Shown: positions 13,717-27,109, counted from the first letter of the stretch. The stretch is DNA of 64,000 bases from the human T2T-CHM13v2.0 reference genome, Homo sapiens (GCA_009914755.4 CP068257.2:12224001-12288000), one strand, 5' to 3'. The notes: generated from the sequence alone by a model not told the origin. Numbers and translations are program-made.

Positions 13717-16700
13717 GGGGGAAACCTTGAGGGCATTTCATAGCTCCAGTCTACAGTACAAATTTTCTGTAATATTATTTTTTAAAGAGGTTTAATTGGC
13801 TCATGGTTTTGCAGGATGTAAAGGCAGCAAGTGGTTTCTGCTTCTGGGAGGACTCAGGGAGCCTCCCAATCATACCAAAAGGCCAAGTGACAATGAGATG
13901 TTCCATATGGCAGGAGTAGGAAGAAGACACAGAGAGGAAAGAGGTGCCACACCAGGTTATACAACCAGATCTCATGAGAACTCACTATCAGGAGATCAGC
14001 ATCAGGAAGATTAACCAATGGTGAAGAATCCACCCACACCACCGCCTACTGTTTCCAGGCAGAAGCCTCCTGCAGAGGCAGAATCTCCTGGAGAACCTCT
14101 ACAAGTGCAGTGCAGAAGGAAAATATGGGCTTGGAGCTCCCACACAGGAGGCCACCATCCTCCAGACTGCAGATTCATAGACCCACCAACAGCTTGCACT
14201 CTCTGCATGGAAAAGCTACAGGCACTCAACACCAGCCCAGCCCATGAGAGCAGCCATGGGGGCTACACCCTGCAAAACCACAGGTGCACTGCCCTAGTAG
14301 AGACTTTCCATGAGCCTCTGCCTCTGCAGCAGGCTACTCCCACTTCCTGCTACCCACCACCCTCTCACCACCCTACTAACAACATACTCCTCACCCTACC
14401 CACCCCTTTTCTTTCCACCCCCGGCCCCCTCCCATCCATGATTAAATCACCTCCAGCCAGGCCCCACCTCCAACATTAAAGATTACAATTCACATGCGTT
14501 TTGGTAAAGAAACACAGCCAAATCATATTATTCTGACTCTGATCCCCACAGTCTCATGTCCTTCTCACAGAGCAAAATATATTCATGCCTTTTCAAAAGT
14601 TTCCAAAAGTCTTAAATCATTCCAACATTAACTCAAATGTAAGAAAATCAACATCTCCTCTGAGACAAGTCTACAGTACCTTTTGCCTATGAGTCCCTGA
14701 ATTTAAAAGGATGTTCTTTTCTTTCAAGGTACAATAATGGTACAGGCTTTGGGTAAGCTTTTTCAATCCAAAGGGAAGAAATTTCCCAGGAAGAAAACAC
14801 AAATGGGACCACAGGCCCAGTACACGTCCAAAACCCAGAAGGCCGGTATCCATTCAATCTTACAGCTCCAAAATCATGAAGAGAACTCACTATCAAAAGG
14901 ACAGCAATAAGGAGATTGTTTAATCATCTGTGAAGGATCTGCCCCCCAACCCCCAATTTTCACTCCTCACCCGCACCATAAATCCCCCATTCTCCCTACG
15001 CCCCATCTTCCAACCCACACTCTCCACCGTGATTAAATCACCTTCCACCAGGCCCCACCTTTAACATTCCGAGGACAATACCACTTGAGTTTTGGTAGAG
15101 ACACAGAGCTGAATTTTATTTTTCTGTCCCTGGCTCCCCAAATCACATGTCCTTCTCACATTGCAAAATACAATGATGCCTTCCCTACAGTCTCCTAAAA
15201 TCTTATGCCATTATAGCATTTATACACATGTTCAAAGCTTAAAGTCTCATCTGGCACAAGGCTACAGTTGCTTAGACCCATGAGCCTCTGAAATATAAAG
15301 CAAGTTAACTAATTCCAAGGTACAGTGCTTGTACAGGCATTGGGTAAGCATTCCCAGCCAAAAGAAAGAATTTTGCCAGAAAAAAACAAAACACAGACAG
15401 GACTTACTGGCCACATGAAACTCCTAACCCAGAAGGCCAGTCATTCAATCCTACAGCTGCAAAATCACCCTTTTTGAAACCCTGTCCCACATCCAGGGCA
15501 CAGGGGTGTGATGGCTGGGCTTCCAAGGCCTTGGGCAGCTTAGCTCCTGTGGCTTTGCAGGGTTTATGCCTCTCGGCTGCCCTCAGGGGCTCGGCTGGTG
15601 TTGAGTGCCTGTGACTTTTCCCCACTAAGGATACAAGTTGTTGGGGGTCTATGAATCTGGGGTCTGCATGATGGTGGCCTCCAGTGTGGAGGCTCCAACC
15701 CCATGTTTTCCTTCTGCACTGCCCTAGTAGAAGTTTCATATAAGGCTCTGCCTTTTTGGGATGCTTTTGCCTGGACACCCAGGCCTTTCCATACATCTTC
15801 CAAAATCTATAGAGAGGTTCCCAAGCCTCTAGTCTCATGCTCCGTCCACCAGTGGCTTAACACTATGAGGAAGTTACCAAGGCTTCTAGCTGGCACCCTC
15901 TGTAGCAGTGACCCAAGCTGTAGCTGTGCATCTTTCAGTCATGGCTGGAGCTGGAGCTGGAGCTGCAGGGATGCAGGCAGCAGTGTCCTGAGGCTGCACA
16001 GAGAGGGGGGGCATGGAACTGGCCCACGAAACCATTCTTCTCTCCTAGGCCCCAGGGCCTGTAACAGCAAGGGCTGCTGCAAAGGTCTCTGAAATGCCTT
16101 CAAGGCCTTTTCCCTATTGTCTTGTCTATTAGCACTGGGCTCCTTTTCATGCGAGTTTCTGAAGCCTTCCTCAATTTTACCCCTGAAAATCAGCTTTTCT
16201 TTTTGACCACATGGCCAGGCTGCAAATTTTCCAAACTTTTGAGTTCTGTTTCTCATGTAATGTAAGAGTTGGGACTCATTTAATGTAAGTCTCATCCAGA
16301 GGTCATTTCCTCCATCACACATAAGAGCACAGGCTGTGTGATGCAGACAGGACACCTCTTGAGTTTGCTGCTCAGTTCATTCCACCAGATACTCAGTAAA
16401 TCATCACCCTCAAGTTCAAAGTTTCACAGATCTCCAGGGCGAGGTCACCGTGCAGCCACGTTCTTTGCTAAGGTAACAAAAGTAACTTCGACTTCTGTTC
16501 CCAGTAAGTGCTTCATTTTCATCTCAGACCTTCTAAGTCAGGCTTTCACTGACCATTTTCCTGTGAGCCTTCTGATCACAAGTGTTTAACAATTCTTTAC
16601 AAAGATCCAAACTTTCATTCATCTTCTTGTCTTTGAAGCCCTCCAAACTTTCCTGACCTCTGTCCGCTACTCCCTTCTGAACCTGCTTCTACATTATCAC

Positions 16701-17504
16701 TATCTTTGCCACAGCCTGGCAATGTGGTAAAGGAAAACAAGTCCATTTTCAGGGGGAAAATTCTTGAAGCCTTCACATACTTGAAAGAAAAGAAGCTGAG
16801 TGCTGATTGCCAAGACAATGACATTTAATAGTTCCACTTTGCACTACTAATTTTCTCTATGATCATAAAGAAAAGAGGTTTAATTGGCTCATGATTCTGC
16901 AGACCATAAGGAAACATAATGGCTTCTGAATCTGGGAGGACTCAGGAAGCCTCCCAATCATATCAGAATGTCCAGGGGCAATGACATGATTCATGTGGCA
17001 GGAGTAGGCACAAGACACACACAGGAGAGAGGACCACACCCTATTATACAAACAGATCTCATGAGAACTCACTATCACAAGGTCAGCATCATGAAGATAG
17101 TGCTTAAACACTGATGAAAGAACAACCACCCACCCCCAATTCTTGCTGTTTCCAAACAGAAGCCTGCTGGACAGGCAAAGCCTCCTGGAAAACTTCTACC
17201 AGGGAAGTGTGGAAGGAAAATACGGGCTTGAAGCCCCCATGCAGATGGCCACCAACCTCCAGACCCCAGATTCATAGACCCACCAAGAGCTCACACCCTC
17301 TGTGGAAAAGCTACAGGCACTCAACAACAGCCCAGCCCGTGAGAGCAGCTGCACGGGCTAAACCCTGCATAGCCACAGGTGCTCTGTCCTAGTAGAACTT
17401 TTCCATGAGTTTTGCCTCTCCAGCAGACTACTCCCCCTTCCTGCTACCCCCACCCTCCCACCACTCTACTGCCAGCCTACTCCTCCCCACCCTAACCAAC
17501 CCTT

Positions 17505-18060
17505 TTGTGATACCCTACCTTGTTTTAACCTGGTCGACTCTCCCTTAGCTGCGAGAGCCAGAAAGACTCCATCTTGGCTCCTTCACTTGCAGCCCCTTAC
17601 CCACCCCCCTTCCTCAAGGACTTAACTTGTGCAAGCTGACTCCCAGCACATCAAAGAATGCAATTACTGATAAGATACTCTGGCAAGCTATATCCATAGT
17701 TCCCAGGAATTCGCCCGGTTGATAGTAACCAAAACCCCCGCATTTGTGTCCAGTTGATAGCACCCAAAGCCCCCACATCTATCACCTTTGGATGGATTTA
17801 AAGCCCCTGCACATGGAAATGTTTGTTTTCCTGTAGCCATTTATCTTTTTAACTTTTTTGCCTGTTTTGCTGCTGTGAGAGTCCTTCAGCGAGGCTCCCC
17901 CTCCCCTTTCTAAACAAAAGTATAAAAGAAAATCTAGCCCCTGCTTCCAGGCCAAGAGAATTTTGAGCACTAGCGGGCTCTCAGTTGCCGGCAATAAAGG
18001 TCTCCTGAAGTCGTCTCATAGTGTGGCGTTTCTCTACAACTCACTCGGTTACAACCCTTT
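17505..18060 (+). mobile_element. Solo LTR (ERV-type, family not assigned) inserted into array copy 6. The other copies lack it.
   Basis: About 555 bp of extra sequence interrupts the otherwise conserved junction '...ccctttt|cttccacccc...catgattaaatca'. It has a TATA-like 'gtataaaag' followed by 'aataaaggtctcctg' in plus orientation. The flank 'aaccctttt' is duplicated at both sides. Confidence 0.5.
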
Positions 18061-21000
18061 TCCTTGCACCCTCGACGACCTCCAATCCATGATTAAATCA
18101 TCTCCCCCAGGCCCCACTTTCAACATTTGGAATTACAATTGCACCTGAATTTTTATAGGGACACACAGCCAAACCGTATTATTCTGACCCTGATATTCCA
18201 GAATCTCATGTCCTTAACACAGAGCAAAATACAATCATGCCTTTTCAAAACTTCCAACAGCCTTAACTCATTCCTGTGTAAAAAGTTCAAAGTCTCATCT
18301 GAGACAAGGGTACTGTCCCTTCTGCCTATGGGTTCCTGAATTTAAAAGAGATTTCTTTTCTTTCAAGGTACAATGATGGTACAGGTGTTGTGTAAGCTTT
18401 ATCAATCCAAAGGGAAGTAATTTCCCAGAATACACAAACGGGACCGCAGGGCAAATGCAAGTCCAACACCCAGCAGGACACTATTCACTCAATCTCACAG
18501 CTCAAAAATCATCAAGAGAACTCACTATCATGCGGACAGCATTAAGGAGATAGCGTTTACCCATTTGTGAAGAATCTGCCCTCCCACCCTCATCTTTCAC
18601 TCCCACCCATAAAATAATCTCTCCCATTCTCCCCACACCCCTACCTCCAACACCCACTCTTCTCCATGATTAAATCACCTCCCACCAGGTCCCACCTTTA
18701 ACATTCCCCACGACAATTCCACATGAATATTGGTAGAGACACAGAATCAAATCATATTATTCTGGCTCTTGCTCCCCAAATCTTGTATCCTTGTCACGCT
18801 GCAAAATACAATGATGACTTCTCTACTGTCCCCCAATGACTTAACTCATTCCAGCATTTACTGAAATGTCCAAGGACTTACAGACCCCATACAAGTCAAA
18901 AACCCAGCAGGCCAGTCATTGAATCCTACAGCTCCAAATCATCTTTTCTGAATGGACATGTCCCATCCAGATCACAGGTGTGTCAAGGCTGGGCTCCCAA
19001 GGCCTTGGGCAGCTCTGCACCTGTGGCTGTGCATGGTCTATCCCCCACAGCTGCCCTCATGGGCTGGGCTGGTGTTGAGTGCCTGTAGCTTTTCCAAACT
19101 AAGGTTGGAAAAGCCAGCTGTTGGTGGGTCTATGAATCTGGGGTCTGGAGAATGGTGCCTCCATGTTTAGGGACTCCAGTCTTATATTCTCCTTCTGTAC
19201 TGCCCTAGTAAAAGTTTCCCATGAGGCTCTGCCTCTTGGAAAAGCTTCTGCCTGAACACCCAGGTTTTTCCATACATACTCTGGAGTCTAGATGCAGGCT
19301 TCCAAGCCTCTAGTTTTGTTCTCTGTGCAGCTGCTGGCTTAACACTATGTGGAAGCCACCAAGGCTTGGAGCTTGCACCCCTGAAGCAGTGATGCAAGCT
19401 GTACCTGTGCATCTTTCAGCCATGGCTGGAGCTGGATCTGCAGGGATGCAGGCAGCAGTCTCCTGAGGCTGCACACAGAGGGGGTCATGGAACTGGACCA
19501 GGAAACCATTCTTCTCTCCTAGGCCCCAGGGCCTGACAGCAAGGGCTGCTGCAAACATCTCTGAAATGCCTCCAAGACGTTTTCCCCCAGTGTCTTGGCT
19601 ATTAGCACTGGCCTCCATTTTATGCAAGTTTCTGGAGCCTTCATGAATTTTCCCCCTGAAAATCAGCTTTCCTTTTTAACCACTTGACCAGGCTGCAGAT
19701 GTTCCAAACTTTTGAGCTCTGCTTGTCATTTAAGTATAAGTTCCAACTTGAGGTCATTTCCTCGGTCACACATAACCTCGGTCACACATGAAAGCACAGG
19801 CTGTTTGATGCAGACATGCCCCCACCCTTGTGCTATGCTGCCTAGAAGTTCTTTCCACCAGATATGCACTAAATCTTCACCCTAGAGTTCAAAATTTCAC
19901 AGATCTTGAGGGCAAGGTCGCCCTGCAGCCATGTTCTTTGCTACAGCAAAACAAAAGCTAACCTTGGCTCCCGTTCCCAGTAAGATCCTCATTTTCATCT
20001 GAGACCTTGTAAGCCTGGCCTTCACTGTCCATCCTTCTGTCAGCCTTTCAATCACAACTATTTAACAAGTGCCTACAATGGTCTAAACTTTCCTTCATCT
20101 CTCTGTCTTCTTTCAAGATCTCCAAACTCTCCAACCTCTGGCTGTTACCCACTTCCGAACCTGCTTTACATTTTCAGCTATCTTTGTTGCAGCCTGGCAA
20201 TGCAGAAGAAAAAGAAGTCCATTTTCAGGGGGAAACTTCAAGAAGCCTTCAGATATTTGCATTAAAAAGAAGTCCAGTGTTAATAGCCAAGACGATGGGG
20301 AAATGTCATTGAAGATATTTCATAGCTCCACTTCGCAGTACTTTATTTTCTGTATGATCATAATGAAAAGGGGTTTAATTGGCTCATGGTTCTGCAGGCT
20401 GTAAAGAAAGCATAGTGGCTTCTGCTTCTGGGAGGACTCAGGAAGCCTCCCAATCACAGCAGTAGGAAAACTGCAATGAAATGTTTCATACAGAAGGAGT
20501 AGGAGCAAGGCTGAGAGAGGAAAGTGGTGCCACACCATCCTGTAACCAGATCTCATGAGAACTCACTATCACTAGGTCAGCATCAAGAAGATGGTGTTTA
20601 ACCATTGGTGAAGGATCCGCCCCCCAACACAGCTCCACCCCCTACCGTTCCAGACAGAAGCCTGCTGCAGAGGCAGAGGCTCTTGGAAATCCTGTACTAT
20701 GGCAGTGCAGAAGGAAAATAAGGGCTTTGAGTGACTATGCAGGAGGCCACCAGCCTCTAGACCCCAGATTCATAGACCTACCAACAGTTCACACCCTCAG
20801 TATGGAAAAGTGATAGGCACTCAACACCAGCCAAGCCCATGAGAGCAGCCATGGGGCCTAAAGCCTCCAAAGCCACAGGCGCACTGCCCTGGTAGAGGTT
20901 TTCCATGAGCCGCTGCCTCTGCAGCAGGCTACACCCCCTTCCTACTACCCACCACCCTCCCACCACCCTACAGCCAGCCTACTCTTCCCCACCCTACCCA

Positions 21001-24000
21001 CCCCTTTTTTCTTCCACCCCTACCCCTCCCATTCATGATTAAATAATCTCACACCAGGCCTCACCTCCAACATTTGGGATTACAATTCCACATGAGTTTT
21101 TCCAGGGGCACATAGCCAAATCATATTATGCTGACCTTGACCCCCCCAAATCTCATATCCTTCTCACAGAATAAAATACAATCGTGTCTTTTCAAAGTTT
21201 CCAAAAGCCTTAACTCATTCCCACATTAACTCAAATATAAAAAGTTCAAAGTCTCATCTGAGACAAGGCTACAATCTCTTCTGCATATGAGTCCCTGAAG
21301 TTAAAAGGGTGTTCGTTTCTTTCAAGGTACAATGATGGTACAGGTATTGGGTAAGCTTTCTCAATCCAAAGGGAAGAAATTTCCAAGAAAAATAACACAA
21401 ATGTGACCACAGGCCCAATGGACATCCAAAATCCTGCAGGTCAGTGTTCATTCAATCTCACAGCTCCAAAATCATGAAGAGAACTCACTATCAGAAGGAC
21501 GGCATTAAGGAGATGTTGTTTAACCGTTTGTGAAGGATGCACCCCCACCCCTGCCTTACACCCCCAACCCCACCACAATCCCCTCCAACCCTACCCACCA
21601 CCCAGTCCACCCCAAACCTCCCCACCCCGCCAACCATCCAACCTCCACTCTCCATCATGTTTAAACCACCTTCTACCAGCCCCCACCTTTAACATTTCCC
21701 ATTAACCTTCTGCTTGAACTTTGGTAGAGACAGAGAGCCAAAACATATTATTCTGTCCCTGGTCCCCCAATGCTCATGTCTCTCTCACATTGCAAAATGC
21801 AATGATGCCTTCCCTAGAGTCTCTCCAATCTTAACTCATTCCAGCATTTACTCAAATGCCCAAAGCCCAGAGTATTATCTGAGACAAGTCTACACTCCCT
21901 TCTGCCCATGAGCCACTGATTTGTAAAGCAAGTTTATTACTTCCAAGGTAAATGATTGTACAGGCAATGGGTAAGCAGTCCCAGGCAACAGAAAAAAAGA
22001 AAATTGCTAGAAAGAAGCACAAAACACAGATGGGACTCATAGGATACATAAGTGTCCAAAACCCAGCAGGCCAATCACTCAATCCTACAGCTCCAAAATC
22101 ATCGTTTTTGAATCCTTGTCCCACATCCATGGCACAGGGCTGTGAGGGCTGAGCTCCCAAGGCCTTGGGCAGATCTGACCTGTGGCTTGGCAGCGTTCAG
22201 CCTCTGCAGCTGCCTCTCATGGACAGGGCTACTGTTGAGTGCCCATAGATTTTCCACACTGAGGGTGCAAGCTGTTTGTAGGTCTATGAATCTGGGGTTT
22301 GGACATTGATGCCTCCCTCTGTGGGGGCTTCAACCCTATAAGTCTCTTCTTTGCTCCCCTAGTAGAGGTTCCCCATGAGGTTCTGCCTCTTGGAAAAGCT
22401 TCTTCCTGGACATCCAGGATTTTCTGTACATCTTCTGGAGTCTAGACAGGAGCTCCCAAGCCTCTAGTCTCTTTCTCTGTGCACCTACTGTCTTAACACT
22501 ATGTGGAAACCATCAAGGCTTTGAGCCACCTCTGAAGCAGTGACCCAAGCTGTACCTGTGCATCTTTCAGCCATGACTGGTGCTGGAGCTGCAGGGATGC
22601 AGGCAGCAGTGCCCTGTGGTTGAGCACAGCAGCAGAGCCATGGGACTGGCCCAGGAAACCATTCTTCTCTTCTCTCCTAGGCCCCACGGTCTGTGACAGC
22701 AAGGGCTGCTGCAGAGGTCTCTAAAATACCTTCAAGGCCAGTTTCCCACTGTCTTGGCTGTTTGCACTGGGTTCCTTTTTATGCAAATAACCTAAGCCTT
22801 CTTGAATTTTCCCCCTTAAAATCGGCTTTTCTTTTTGACCACTTGGCCAGGCTCCAAATTTTCCAAATTTTAGATCTCCACTTGAAGTTCCAACTTGAAG
22901 TTATTTCTTAGGTCACACATAAGAACACAGGCTGTTCAATGCAGACAGGACACCTCTTGTGCTATGCTGCCTAGATGTTCATTTCACCAGATACATCCTA
23001 AATCATCACCCCCAAGTTCATAGTTTCACAGATCTCCAGGGCAGGGTCCCTGTGCTGCCACGTCCTTTGCTAAGGCCAATCAAATGTAATATTGGCCCCT
23101 GTTCGTAGGAAATTCCTCATTTTCATCTGAGAACTTTTAAGTCTGGACGTCAGTGTTTACCCTTTTCTCAGCCTTCTGATCACAAGTATTTAACAAGTCT
23201 CTATAGTGGTCCAATATTTTCCTCATCTTGTTGTCTTCTAAGCTTTCCCAACTCTTCCTACCTCTGTCTTTTACCGACTTCTGAACCCGGTTCTACATTG
23301 TCAGCTATCTTTATCAGAGCCTGGCAATGTGATAAAAGAGAAAAGTCCATTTTCAGGGGGAAAATTCACAAAGGCTTCAGATATTTCCATGAAAATAAGC
23401 TGAGTGCTGGTTGCCAAGACAAAGGGGAAAGGGCCTTGAAGGCATTTCATGGCTCCACTTCACAGCACTAATTTTCTGTATGATCATAAAGAAAAGAGGT
23501 TTAATTGGCTCATGGTTCTGCAGGCTGTAAAGGAAGCATAGTGGCTTCTGCTTCTGGGAGGATCAGGAAGCCTCCCAGTCATACCAGAAGGCCAAGGGGC
23601 AAGGAGATGTTTCATATGGCAGGAGTAGAAGCAAGACTGAGAGAGGAAAGAGGTGCCACACCCTGTTATATAACCAGACCTCATGAGAACACACTATCAT
23701 GAGGACAGCGTCAAGAAGATGCTGCCTAACCATTGGTGAAGGATCTGCCTCCCACCCCCACCTCCCAATGTTTCCAGGGAGAAGCCTGCTGCAGACGCAG
23801 AGTTCTTGGGAAACCTCTACTAGGGCAGTGCATTAGGAAAATATGGACTTGGAGCCCCCACACAGGGGACTACCACCCTCCAGACCCCAGATTCATAGAC
23901 CCACCAACAGCTTGCACCCTCCGTGTGGAAAATCTACAGGCACTCAACACTAGTCCAGTCCATGAGAGCAGCCATGTTTCTCAAACCTGCAAAGCCACAG

Positions 24001-26269
24001 GTGCACTGCCCTAGTAGGGGTTTTCCATGAGGCTCTGCCTCTGCAGCAGGCTACTCCCCCTTCCTCTACCCACCACCCTCCCACCACCCTACAGCCAGTC
24101 TACTCCCTCCCACCGTACCCACCCCTTTTTCCCTTCCACATCCACCCCCACCCATCCATGATTAAATCAGTCCCTCCCACTCCCTCTCATACTCTTATCC
24201 CTCCAAACCCTTCCAATCTTTGTTTGCTACCCACTACTGAGCCTGCTTCTACTTTTTCAGGTATCTATATAGCAGGTTGGCTATGTAGCAATAACAAAAA
24301 TCCCATTTAAGGGGAAAAATTCAAGAAGATTTCAGAAATTTGCATATAAAGAAGCCCTGTGCTAATAGCCAAGACAAAGGAAAAAAGGCCTTGAAGACAT
24401 TTCACAGCTCCTCTCTGCAGTTCTAATTATCTGTATTATTGTAAATAAAAGAGGTGTAATTTACTCATGGTTCTGCAAGCTGTGAAGGAAGCATAGTGTC
24501 TTCTGTTTCTGGGAGGAATCAGGAAGCCTCCTCATTATATCAGAAAGCCAAGGGAAAATGAGATGCCTCCTAAAGCAGGAGCAGGAGGAAGACAGAGTGA
24601 GGAAAGAGGTTCCACAGCCTGTTAAGGAATCAGATCTCATGAGAACTCACTCACTATCAGGAGGTGATGGTCCTTTATCAAGGTGATGGTCCTTTATCAT
24701 TCGTGAAGGATCTACCTGCACCATTTTATGACTAAATCTTTTTCCACCTAGGCCCCGCCTCTGACATCACAGAATATAATTCCACATGAGTTTTGGTAGG
24801 GACATAGAGAAAAACCATATTATTCTGTCCCTGACCCCACGAATCTCATATCCTTCTCACATTGCAAAATACAATCATGCCTTGCCAGCAGTCTCCCAAA
24901 GTCTTAACTCACTTCAGCATTAACTCAAAGTTACAAGGTCCAAAGTGTCATCTGGGTCAAGGCTACAGTCTCTTTGCCTATGAGTCTCTGAAATAAAAAG
25001 CAAGTTCACTGCTTCTAAGGTACAATGATGGTACAGGCATTGTGTAAGCTTTCCATATCCAAAAGGAAGACATTTTCCAGAAAGCTTCTTATTTCTCTCT
25101 GAGACCTCTTCAGCCTGGCCTTCACTGTCCATGTTTCTGTCAGGATTTTTGTCACAACCATTGAACCAGTCTCTAGGATGGTCCAAAAGTTTTCTCATCT
25201 ATCTGTCTTCTTTTGAGCCCTCCAAATTCTTCCAACCTCCATCCATTACCTGGTTCCAAAGCTGCTTCCACATTTCCAGGTATCTTTATAGCAATGCTCC
25301 AGTCTTCATTTGCCATTTTCTGTATGATTTATTTTGAAAAAGAGGTTTAATTGTCTCATGGTTCTAAGCACAGTGCTTCTGCTTCTAGGAGGCCTCAGAA
25401 ATCTTTCAATAATCATGGAAGGCAAAGAAAGAATCAGTTCTCTCACATGGCAAGAGGAAAACACAGAGAGTAGGGATGTGACATAGAGTTTTCAGTGACC
25501 AGATCTCATGAGAAGTCACTCATTATTGTGAGCATGGTACAAGGGGATGGTGCTGAACCATTCATGAGAAATTTGCCTTCATAATTCAATCACCTTATAG
25601 CAGGATCCACCTTCCACATTAGGAAATATAACTCAACATGAGATTCGGTGTGGACACATATTCGAATTGCATCATCGATCTTTGAATATAAAGACTTCCA
25701 CAGCAGGCTTTATCCAGCCAACTTCTTTGAGACTCTTTATAGGGTTTGAGGTCTAGAGCACATACACTAAAATATTCATACTTCAAAAAGCAATAAAGTG
25801 GTATTATCATTTTTCCAAAAGTTACAGCGGTAGTTTAGGCATTCATAGCATGATTTAGTTCACATTTGCTACCGTTTCTATTCTATCACCATATTAACTG
25901 TTTCCTATACAATTCTGTATTCAGCTGGATTTCAGTTGAGCACAAAACCATCCTTGTACTAGCTCTTTGCTAGTGTTATTATTCTGCTGTAGAAAGTATC
26001 CTTGAACTGGAAACAGTCCACGATGGAGTATCAAGTCATTCAACACTATCAATTCCTGGGTGACTTTTTGAAAAAGTAGTATCTCTTGTTGCAAGTAATG
26101 CTGCATCTGTGAGTCCATGTCTCTCACTGGAATTGGATGGAAGTGGTGAATTTCAGCCAAAGTGGCCAAAGAAATCCTGTTCCTGTGATTCTGACATCAT
26201 CAGCCTCTGCACCTTTATATTCCCTTCTGCCACTTGTTGTTTGCTCTCCGTGACTTTAGTAAGAGCTTC

Positions 26270-26960
26270 CTTGTGTATGTGGATGATGTCCAGGATGTTG
26301 GTCTGGTGTCCCTGAGACAGCACTAACAGGTCCATGGCTGGGTCCAGGTCCTGCCTGGACTGATTGGCAAAGACCTCACAGACAGTGTGGAAGGCATCTA
26401 TACTCAAGTGAATGGCCTGGTCCAGCTCCAAGGCCTGGCTGAGGCTGAAGAAGAACTGGCAGCCTTCTGATGCTCTTTCTTAAAGCCTGTCACCACTCAT
26501 TGGCTGTGAAGTTGAGCTGAGTGCCCTGTTGTCCATCTTCTTGGTGAAGCACTTGAAGCCGTCAATCTTGCTCTCCCACTCCTAAAGGTTGAGTGTCGCC
26601 CTGGGGGTGGGCTCAGGGTCAGGAAGAATCTGGCACTCACCAACTCATCCTTCTCAGCCTTCCTCTTGCCCTGTCTCCAGGCTGTCTCTTCAGTGCTGGT
26701 GGGGCGCATCAGGAAGTGACAAAAAATGTGGCACTGTGCCTGCATCCAGAAGCTGGCCGTGTGGTTCATCCACCAGATTGGGCCCTTTCTGCACTTGAAC
26801 ATAGACCCCACTTCACCATAGATGCCTTCCACACTGTCAGTGAGCTCTTTGCCAATCAGCCCAGGCAGGACCTGGACCCAGTCATGGACCTGTTAATGCT
26901 GTCTCAGGGACACCAGGCCAACACCCTGGACATCATCCACATACCCAAGTAATCTCTTAC
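26270..26960. repeat. Inverted repeat 1. Arms of about 170 bp lie at ~26270-26440 and ~26790-26960, about 90% identical, with a ~350 bp spacer.
   Basis: The reverse complement of 26800-26950 aligns to 26270-26420, for example 'atgtggatgatgtccagg.tgttgg.ctggtgtccctgagacagca.taacaggtccatg.ctgggtccaggtcctgcctgg.ctgattggcaaaga.ctcac.gacagtgtggaaggcatcta'. ORFs 26153..26431(-) and 26593..26952(+) encode the same peptide, 'IDAFHTV.E.FANQ.RQDLDP.MDLL.LSQGHQ.N.LDIIHI'. Confidence 0.8.
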
Positions 26961-27109
26961 CAGAGTCCTTCTCAAGATGGCCTGTGGTCTGCCTCTTGGC
27001 ATCCAAGAAGCCCACAGTGCTGTAGAAGCCCTGATGCATGGAATGGAGCCCCAAAGGCAGCACACACCCCGCTCCTGAGCCTACTGCTCATTTCCTCTAT
27101 GTGGCTCCA

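Larger units (their letters stand above)
1..25680. repeat. Tandem array (macrosatellite-like) of a ~3.1-3.5 kb unit, at least 8 copies, continuing beyond the left edge of the window. The last (9th) copy is more diverged and truncated (~22710-25680).
   Basis: A unit-start motif of the form 'aagggctgctgcaaaggtctctgaaatgccttcaaggcc' recurs at 1, 3076, 6538, 9779, 12940, 16070, 19540 and 22710, giving spacings of 3075-3470 bp. The landmarks 'ctcatgagaactcactatca...gtgaaggatccgcccc' (A-type) recur at 1007, 4063, 7530, 10793, 13968, 17055, 20555 and 23680, and the B-type copies lie about 900 bp downstream of each. The six-frame ORFs show mirrored peptide motifs on both strands, which is typical of repeat-derived ORFs. 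Confidence 0.9.

Noticed and set aside
1-25680. Numerous 60-230 aa ORFs in the array (for example 9015..9710, 231 aa)
   Set aside because: They recur with each repeat unit, and mirrored versions appear on the opposite strand because of the inverted LTR-derived segments. They have a low-complexity Pro/His/Thr-rich composition and no splice or codon structure, so they are repeat-derived.
1-25680. Possibility that the array is alpha satellite, HSATII/III, or rDNA
   Set aside because: There is no 171-bp periodicity, no (GGAAT)n, and no rRNA-like conserved cores. The unit is 3.2 kb and LTR-derived.
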